From positions 1,692 to 65,691 of the forward strand of contig JABABL010000003.1 of assembly GCA_014238225.1 (NCBI GenBank): 64,000 nucleotides of DNA, read 5' to 3'. Position numbers and translations under genes: made by a program. The DNA comes from Mycoplasmatales bacterium. GTDB taxonomy: Bacteria > Bacillota_I > Bacilli_A > Mycoplasmatales > JABAAY01. This document shows, in pieces, positions 56,823 through 64,000 of the stretch. The notes beneath the pieces were generated by a model that was not told the DNA's origin, ran no database searches, and was given only the letters and a program-made list of their open reading frames with translations. The stretch's first letter is position 1, and each line of letters begins with the position of its first letter.

Positions 56823-56880
56823 AATATAAATGGTAAATAAACACATAATTTTGTAAAATACTAATTATGGAAATAGATAG

Positions 56881-57978
56881 ATGGTAGATTTTTCAGGGTT
56901 TAATTGATATGGTGTTTTCTTTGCATCTGGAATACTTATTGCTCTTGCTATAAGTTTAGTTAGGTCAAAACGAAGAGGAATAGACTTACTTCATGTTGAA
57001 ATAGGATTTTTTGTCTTTGCCATTTTTGCCTTATTCGGAGCGAGACTTGCCTCTTTAATATTTAGTGGGCAACTAGTTGATGTAGGAGGATTTATAGCCT
57101 TTTGACAACTCTTTTTTGGTATTAATACAGGCGGAATTGAAGGATTTTCCATATTAGGGGCTGTTATCGTCGGTGTACCAATTATTATTGGTGGAATATG
57201 ATGATCTTCTTGAAAGACCGGAGTATCGGTTTTTACTTACTTTGAGGCTATTATTCCAGCGTTAGTTGTTGGGCAGGCAGTTGGGAGGCTTGGTAATTAT
57301 TTCAATCAGGAAATATTTTTGAATATACCATTCGACATTGCAAGCGTCTCCAATTTCTTCAGGGTAATTGCACAATTTTTCCATTTACCAGGAACCAGAA
57401 ATACCGGCTTTCTGCAACCGCTATTTTTATTTGAAGCTTTATCTAATTTATCCTTATTTTTCTTTGTTGTTTTCGTATTTCCGAAAATAAAGGGATACAG
57501 AATAGGAATGGGGGCAGCAATAACAGGAATTTGATGAGGGGCCTTTCGAGCCATTACTGAGAATTTTCGGAATTCTTCAGATATCTTAGGTGGTAGTTTT
57601 TCCTTCGTATCAGCAATAGTAATTGTTGTGCTGTCTTTGATAGCTTTTATTTGAATTACTGTTTGACATTATGCAATTCTTCCGAAGAGAGATAAACCGC
57701 AAGTAGCACACGTAGGTCACATTTCATCAAAGGCCACAGGTTTGATTGATGCCGATGTCAATGCCACTATTATTGGCATTGATCCTCAAAAACTTCCAGT
57801 GGATAAAAATGAACCCATTCCTGAAGAAAGTCTCTTAAAAGCAGAGTCTCTTAATAACCCTGAAACTGTTGTTGACGAACACTATGATTCAAAAAAAGAA
57901 AATAAAAAATTGGCTGATGAGATATTGGGCGAAATTGATTATTTCATTAAAGACGATCACAGCAAGAAAAAAAAGTAA
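56881..57978 (+). CDS. lgt: Prolipoprotein diacylglyceryl transferase with ~100-aa acidic C-terminal extension (365 aa)
   Basis: MVDFSGFNWYGVFFASGILIAL... plus the signature GQAVGRLGNYFNQE. ORFs 57319.. and 57742.. share its frame. An in-frame TAG lies just upstream of ATG 56881. Confidence 0.85.
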
Positions 57979-58611
57979 ATGGCACTACAATTAATTGTTG
58001 CTGGCAATGACAAGATATCACAAGGATATGCTTTTTATTACCTGAAAAAATCTGCCTATAAACTGTACAAGAAAAGATATTTTTCAGGAAACATCTTTTT
58101 ATATTTAAATGAAAATAAACAATGAGAAGATAAGACTTTAGAATTTAATAAAATCTTTAGAAGACCAGAGGCAATTTACTTCTACAATCGGCATATGAAA
58201 AAAAGACACTCTTTGGACTTTTTTGATAACTACAAAATAAGAAGCCGCGTAATAGATGTAACTGGTTATCATCAAAATCAAGTGGAGCAAACTTTAAGTT
58301 TATACATCGATGTTTTTGCAGACAATAAAAAGGTCGTTATTCTGAAAACCTTTTCGTTTGAAAACGGAATACCTTCAGACATTAATTTTATGATTGACCT
58401 CAGAGCATGAGGTGTTTCTGGCGAGAACAAAAAAAGACACAACAATCCATTGATGGCAGCAGGCAACTTTTTAAAACAACAGAATTTTGGCTTTCCTTTG
58501 ATAATAGGGATTGGCTCACAAGGAAATGAGGAAGTTGCTGAATCATTTTCTGAGTGATTAGCAGAGAAAATCCACAAAACATATGAGGTCAGGATCATAG
58601 ACATCAAGTAA
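57979..58611 (+). CDS. Degenerate RapZ/YvcJ-like protein lacking the Walker A loop (210 aa)
   Basis: Position (immediately upstream of whiA) and collinear similarity to E. coli RapZ. LIVAGNDKISQ aligns with MIVSGRSGSGKS, FSFENGIPSDINFMIDLRAW with [20 protein letters not shown], and PLIIGIGSQGNEEVA with LTVAIGCTGGKHRSV. Confidence 0.5.
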
Positions 58612-58612
58612 A

Positions 58613-59362
58613 ATGAGCTTTTCGAAGGACATAAAAGAAGAGATTTTAAAAAATTTAAATGAAGGGCAGGAATTAAAATATTTTTTGCTTGGAATAAAGT
58701 TGTTTTCCAAAAATTCATTAATTACCCATGATTATTTTAAAAGGCAATCACACTTAGTAGAAGACGATTTTTTTTTAATCAGTAACTTTACTAAAAAAAA
58801 ATTCCCTTCATTTCTCCAAGGAGCGTTTTATGGCAAAGGAAGCATCAGTAACTTTCAAAAAGGAAATCTTCATTTTGAAATAAGAAATTACAATGACAGT
58901 AGCGAAAAAATAATTTCCAGTCTGTTTGCTTCGCACACGCCTCAGTTTAAAAAATATAAAAGAAATGGACTAACCACTTTTTATTTGAAAAAAACAGAAG
59001 AAATTCGTAGTATTTTAGCGACACTTGGAGCCTCGAAATCTTTTTTAAAATTTGAAAAAAACATTGTTGAATCGGGGTTTATAAATTCCATTGTGAAAGC
59101 CAATAACATCGAAATTTTAAATCAATTTAAAACAGACAAGGCCGCAATAAAACAAATAAATGCGATAAATCTTATTATGTCTCGCTATCACCCAGCATTA
59201 GAGGGACTGTTTTTGGAGGTTTGCAAACTGAGAAAAAATAATTCTTCAGCTAGTTTGAAAGAATTAAGTCAAATATTTAATTCAACACACCAGAAATTCA
59301 TTTCGATATCAGGAATAAATAACATACTAAGGAGAGCTGTTCAGTATGCAAAAGAGGGATAG
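58613..59362 (+). CDS. whiA: WhiA-family DNA-binding protein (249 aa)
   Basis: MSFSKDIKEEILKNL start typical of WhiA, with a C-terminal HTH segment (SLKELSQIFNSTHQKFISISGINNILRRA). Gene order matches Firmicutes yvcJ-(yvcK)-whiA. Confidence 0.8.
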   Translation: MSFSKDIKEEILKNLNEGQELKYFLLGIKLFSKNSLITHDYFKRQSHLVEDDFFLISNFTKKKFPSFLQGAFYGKGSISNFQKGNLHFEIRNYNDSSEKIISSLFASHTPQFKKYKRNGLTTFYLKKTEEIRSILATLGASKSFLKFEKNIVESGFINSIVKANNIEILNQFKTDKAAIKQINAINLIMSRYHPALEGLFLEVCKLRKNNSSASLKELSQIFNSTHQKFISISGINNILRRAVQYAKEG

Positions 59363-59576
59363 TGGTGTAGTAATTGCAAAATTTGGAGCAAACTTGAGAC
59401 TATTAAGAATACAACGTAATATGACTCAAAAAAAACTTGCAGAGAAAGCTCATTTACACTTTAATTACATTAATGATGTAGAACTGGGAAAAAGAAATCT
59501 TTCGCTGAAGGCAATTTGAAAAATAGCGAAAGCTCTTGAAGTAACTATAAGTGAATTGCTTTCTTTCAACTGTTAA
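59346..59576 (+). CDS. Small XRE-family helix-turn-helix protein (76 aa)
   Basis: FGANLRLLRIQRNMTQKKLAEKAHLHFNYINDVELGKRNLSLKAIWKIAKALEVTISELL is a canonical Cro/C1-type HTH. ATG 59346 overlaps the whiA 3' end by 17 nt. One in-frame TGA. Confidence 0.7.
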
Positions 59577-59914
59577 TAAATATTTTTATTTTCAATATAA
59601 GGTTCATTTTTGTTTAAAGATTCATACCCATTTTTTAATACAAAGACGTTAACGAAACCGTTCATATTTAATGTCTGTACTAAACGCATGTAGTTTCTAC
59701 CATTTCGTGTTATGACAAGAATTTTCTTTTCTTCAGGTATTTTTTTAAAAACACCTAGAATTTTAGGCATAAAAAACATCTCTATATAAATATTAAGACT
59801 ACCAACAATGTGAGATTCAAAATTGTCATCAGGGGCCCTAATATCAAGAACAAATCACTTTTCATTTTGAAGTATCTTTTTTAATCGTCTAGAAGGAATA
59901 AATTTTATTGCCAT
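59573..59914 (-). CDS. Rhodanese-like domain protein without catalytic Cys (113 aa)
   Basis: ORF 59573..59779 extends upstream through TGA to ATG 59914. Sequence WFVLDIRAPDDNFESHIVGSLNI...KKILVITRNGRNYMRLVQTL: the loop has T-R-N-G-R-N where active rhodaneses have C-x-x-G-x-R. Confidence 0.6.
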
Positions 59915-59938
59915 TGTTTATTATTATATAATTTTTAG

Positions 59939-61174
59939 GTGCAACCACCAACCATTTTCGGAATACCTAGTAACCTATTTTTCTTCCAACCAGCAATTTT
60001 ATGATTTTCTTTTCTTTTCTTTTCCGCTGGAGTGGTCCTCGCAGCCAAGCTTCTTATAGACCAGGTAGAACATTTTTATAAAAAGGATTCAAATCTGGGA
60101 ATTATTTTCACTTTTATTTTACTACCCATCATAACAACCATTCCAGAAATTATTGGAATGGTGACACAATCGGCATTTGGCGATTCAACAATTGGAATCA
60201 CGGGTGCTATTGGAAGTAATGTTTTTCTTGTCATAATTGCTAGTACAAATATTTTAATTTTATTTGCTTTTCAAAGAATAAAAAACAAAATGAAGAAAAA
60301 GCCAATTAAAAAAAACAACGAGGTAAATCTTGTTGGAAAACATATTTTTAGAGATAACTTATTGTCATACATTGCCATTATGCTTGTTGTTGTGTTTCTA
60401 ATTATTGGAATAACCGTTAATTCAACAACCATAGTCATTGGTGATGCTCATTTTTCCATTTTTTCAGCACTAACGCTCTTTATGTACATAGGCACTTTAT
60501 CAGCTTTTGTGATTATAGGAGTAAAAGCAAACAAGAGAAAAAAACTAGCAGCATTGAAAAAAACCCATAGCTCATTTATTCTACAAGATGTAACTAGGGA
60601 AATTAAAAGTGAGCAAAATGACGAAAATCTGAACATTGACAGTATTAACAAAACTAAAACAACTGGTAAGACACAACACCAGATTTTAACGTGAGTTCTA
60701 ATATTTGTTTCATCATCTCTTTTAGCAGGATTTGGTTTTCTGCAGTCTGCTACTGTTAATGCCATGTCCTTGCCGGCTTCTAGCGGCGGGTACGGAATAA
60801 GCGATGTGTCGGCAGGAGGTTTGTTTTTAGGCATAAGCGCTGCATTGCCAGAAATAAGCAGCACTTTTTTTCTTTTTAAGAACAATAGACAAAAGGAAGG
60901 GCTGCAAGCTTTATTTTTGGACAATTTATTCACTTTTTCTCTAATTTTTATTGGTGATATTATTTCTGGAAGTCAAAATTCTCTGGAAGCCATTAGATTA
61001 GACCCTAGTTCATTCATACCCACAATTTTACTTCTCTCTCTTGTAGCGGTGAACCTGTCCTTTTTTTATTCCCAATTTTTATTTAAATTGCGGCTAAGGA
61101 ATAGCATTATATTTACTGTTATAAACTATATTGTCTTTCTTTCATTCTGAATCCCCAGCGCTAGCTTGTCTTAA
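59939..61174 (+). CDS. CaCA-family (Na+/Ca2+ exchanger-like, YrbG-type) cation antiporter (411 aa), GTG start
   Basis: Two alpha-repeat-like motifs (LLPIITTIPEIIGMV and GISAALPEISSTF) sit in two hydrophobic halves separated by a Lys-rich loop. ORFs 60032.. and 60764.. are in one frame. GTG 59939 follows an in-frame TAG. Confidence 0.65.
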
Positions 61175-61567
61175 TTATTCAGCGCAAATATGATTAATTT
61201 TTCTATATGAAAGAATCATAATTATCGCAAAAATTCAATTCAAAAGAACAAACATAAGTATTGCGTTTACTAGAAAATGATGATAATTTGCTCAGCTTTT
61301 GCTTAGTCTTCATACGCGTATCAAATTATTAGCGAAAATCATTGCGTTAAGAAAAAAAGTAAATCCAACAATAATAATGACAATACCAATTATTATTGAT
61401 TGACTTGTGTTGTTTTGAGTATCTTGAGCATTAGGAACAGCAACACTGACACCGATAACTAAAAAAACAATAAACAAAAACATAAATATCGAGAGACCAA
61501 CAACGCTTGTTGTGTGTATTCTATTGAGCACCTGTTTCATTTTGGGGTCAGTAGAATAATTCTTCAC
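61175..61567 (-). CDS. Hypothetical membrane protein (130 aa)
   Basis: ORF 61310..61567 continues through three TGA to TAA 61175-61177. Three hydrophobic segments. Confidence 0.45.
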
Positions 61568-61648
61568 ACATCTATTTTATTATTATTTATAAGTTATTTG
61601 ATATCATTTTTATTTGAATTATTTTAATTTAAAGTTATAATAACAATT

Positions 61649-61960
61649 ATGATAGATGCTAATTCTCTTGAAGCGATACAAATCATAGTTTTTATTTTGT
61701 CTATAGTTGTTATTTTCTTAGTATTATTGCAAGGGGGAAAAGTTCAAGGGTTAGGCCAAGCGTTAACCGGTGCTAGTGATGCTAATCTTTTTCAACAATC
61801 CAAAGAGAGAACATCAGAAATTGTTTTTAAATATGTTATTTTTGGAATTGTAGCCATTATTTTTGTAATTGCCATAGTCTCTGCTCGTTTATTCAGAGCT
61901 GAAGCCCCAATAACAACTCAAATGTTTATTAACAGTGGAATTACTCTGATTTTAAATTAG
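61649..61960 (+). CDS. secG: Preprotein translocase subunit SecG (103 aa)
   Basis: Two TM segments flank the LLQGGKVQGLGQALTGAS motif typical of SecG. Located upstream of smpB. Confidence 0.8.
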   Translation: MIDANSLEAIQIIVFILSIVVIFLVLLQGGKVQGLGQALTGASDANLFQQSKERTSEIVFKYVIFGIVAIIFVIAIVSARLFRAEAPITTQMFINSGITLILN

Positions 61961-61969
61961 AATAAAAAA

Positions 61970-62419
61970 GTGGCACTTAAGATAATTTCAAAAAACAAAA
62001 ACGCGAACTACAAATATACGTTTATTGACAATTACGAAGCTGGAATAGTACTAAGCGGTAGCGAAGTGAAGTCTCTTAGAAAAAATGAAATTGACTTAAG
62101 GGACTCTTATGTAGTTTTTCGTAATGATGAAGCTTTCTTAATCAATGCAAAAATAAACAAGTACAAATTCAATACAGATCCTAATTATAATGATGTTGCT
62201 ACAAGAAAATTACTTTTAAATAAAAAAGAGATTTTTCGGATAATTCGAAAAAAAAATGAAAAAAAATTACAAGTCATTCCGGTCAAAATCTATTGAAAAA
62301 ATAATAAAGTGAAAGTTGACGTTGGTTTGGGGAGACCTAAAACTTTATACGATAGGAAAAGAGAGATTCAAAAACGGGACTTAGATAGAGAAATGAACAG
62401 AAATTTAAAATTTAAATAA
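61970..62419 (+). CDS. smpB: SsrA-binding protein SmpB (149 aa), GTG start
   Basis: KNKNANYKYTFIDNYEAGIVLSGSEVKSLR...ATRKLLLNKKEI. Extends through TGA 62294-62296 to TAA 62417-62419. Confidence 0.92.
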
Positions 62420-62423
62420 GAAT

Positions 62424-62867
62424 TTATTTTTTTTCGGATGGGAGTTTCTTACTGTGGTTTTGTTTTTTCAAGGAGACACTTTTTCTTGAAGCAACTACCT
62501 TTTTGTTACGTGGTGTTTCTGAATTATCCAATGAAACCCCAACTGCTAAACTTTTTTTCAGTTTGCTTTTTTTAACAATGAGAGTTATGGTCTCCAAAAT
62601 AAAAAAATAAAACTCAAACAAGGAGAAAAAGATAAAAATCAGAAAAAATGCTATTCCTAGTTGAAATATGAAACTATCAGCTATTCTCGAAGGAGTCCCA
62701 AGGAATTGGGTAGCTACTGCCACAATTATTGTTCCTGGAACACCAAAAAACAAAACACCCACCAATGTTAATGTGGTTTTAAAGTAAGGGTTATTTTTTC
62801 ACTTACTTCAAAAATTACTAAACTTTACGCTTTTTGAATTTTCGTTAGCTTTTTTGGGTTTTTCCAC
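62424..62867 (-). CDS. Hypothetical membrane protein with basic C-terminal tail (about 147 aa; start uncertain)
   Basis: ORF 62424..62765 is open upstream through two TGA to GTG 62867, which follows an in-frame TAG. Two TM segments, then a K/S-rich tail. Confidence 0.4.
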
Positions 62868-62883
62868 TTCCTAATTATAGAGA

Positions 62884-63588
62884 TTATTTTGTAATATATT
62901 GAATTTCTTTTGTGTCGTAAATAGTAATTGTCTCATTGTTATTAGCGATTAAAAGAAATCCAGAATCATCTATACCAATTGATCTGTATTTTTTGTTCTT
63001 ATGAACTAAAACCTTGTCTCCAAAGTAGTCTATATCAATAAATTCTTTTTGAATCTTTTTTATATACAGTGATGGCTCTTCTTCTAACAGTTTAATTGCT
63101 CCAATAATTTTTTCAAAAAACAATAACTTTGAATCGATTTTAACTTTTGACAAGTTATTTCTATTTTCAGAAGTGTTTACTCCAACACCAATGTAAATTG
63201 TGTTTTCTCCAGTATTTTTTACAGGAGAAACATTCATTAGTATGCCAGCAATTTTTTCTTCATGTAAATAAACATCGTTGGGTCACTTTATTTTTAGACT
63301 TGTTTTGTAAGAGGAAGAAGTTGCCTCAATAATTTGTTGCGCGACTAAAAAATTTAAAAACATTATTTGAACATTTAATAATTTTGATCTAAAACAAAAA
63401 GAAAAAAGAAGGTCTCCTCTTTTTGAAAGCCAAAGAGTGTTTTTTTTCCGAGTTAACCCTCTGGTTTGTTGCTCGGTTTCTACAAATAGAAAATCTGCAT
63501 TAACATTTCATTTTTTATCCATTATTTCTCTTTGAGTGCTCTCAAGACACTTAAAACTTTTGACAATGTAGGTGTGCTTCTTATACAT
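62884..63588 (-). CDS. birA: Biotin-protein ligase, catalytic domain only (BirA group I-like, 234 aa)
   Basis: ETEQQTRGLTRKKNTLWLSKRGDLLFS (compare the GRGR..R.W.S motif region) and KIKWPNDVYLHEEKIAGILMN...IGVGVN. In frame through TGA codons from ATG 63588. Confidence 0.7.
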
Positions 63589-64000
63589 AGAAACTTATCA
63601 AATCGTTACCATCTACACCAGAACCTAAAAATAATTCAAACGATAAAATAACATTTTCTTCAAATATATGAACTGATTGTTCACCAGATAGTTGTCATTG
63701 ATTTGTAAATTCGCCACCAGCAATTCGTAACCCAAATTCACTAACGTTTATAAAAACCTTCCCTATTAATGTTTGCTCATCATACTCAACAATATTTTCG
63801 AGAGTGAAGTTTTCAAGAAGTAAAACCCCTTGACCACCAAAAAAATCTACGCCCTGCTGAATTCCCAGTGCATTAATAAATGAAATTAAAGAGTAGAAAG
63901 AAGGAGATTCTTGGTAATTAAATATTTCGTTTTGAACAGGGTTAAACAGCTTATTTAAGAGAATTTCAATATTCAAACGACTTAGAAAGGTTGGTAAAGT
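63581..64000 (-). CDS. Hypothetical protein, 3' part only (gene continues beyond the window end)
   Basis: The frame is open from 64000 down through TGA 63695-63697 to TAA 63581-63583, overlapping the birA-like ATG by 8 nt. No family recognised. Confidence 0.35.

Overview
This is a 64-kb AT-rich chromosomal segment that only reads sensibly with translation table 4 (UGA=Trp), so it comes from a Mollicutes-type (Mycoplasma/Spiroplasma-like) genome. After fusing the track ORFs across in-frame TGA codons I count about 57 protein genes. I could not recognise any rRNA, tRNA, CRISPR array, IS element or prophage gene.

Housekeeping backbone: mnmG, yidC-mnmE, prs-pth-tilS, tpx, lplA, lpd-aceF-aceE, groES-groEL, metG, uvrA, lgt, a rapZ-like gene with whiA, secG-smpB, and a birA-like gene.

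Accessory content:
1. An ~11.4-kb carbohydrate island (8172-19541). It holds a Lac/Cel-family PTS (EIIC with a 330-aa Lys-rich N-extension, EIIA, EIIB) with a DUF871/MupG-family phospho-glycosidase. It also holds a Fru-family EIIABC PTS, a GH38 alpha-mannosidase (MngA/MngB-like pair) and a UPF0309 SIS protein. nagA lies elsewhere in the window.
2. A seven-member family of modular surface (lipo)proteins with a conserved A-[IV]-A-Q-x-C lipobox, about 12.7 kb or ~20% of the window. One member is fused to a GH18 chitinase/endo-N-acetylglucosaminidase-like domain. One carries a 9 x 24-bp tandem repeat, one has lost the lipobox Cys, and one is frameshifted.
3. An orphan Panacea/DUF4065 (antitoxin-type) gene next to a partnerless ABC-2-like membrane protein.
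4. A Gram-negative-style AceE/AceF/Lpd pyruvate dehydrogenase divergent from groES-groEL.
5. Gene decay: a RibD_C/DHFR-like gene with two frameshifts at simple-sequence tracts, and a RapZ homolog without its nucleotide-binding motifs.
6. An ~0.85-kb gene-free, locally GC-enriched spacer (7326-8171) with a GC-rich hairpin.

The best candidate for an undescribed system is the lipoprotein family. Its module is fused to an extracellular GH18 enzyme, and the window also contains PTS, phospho-glycosidase, mannosidase and NagA genes that could import and catabolise the released glycans. This is a hypothesis from sequence reading only. No database search or computation was possible.
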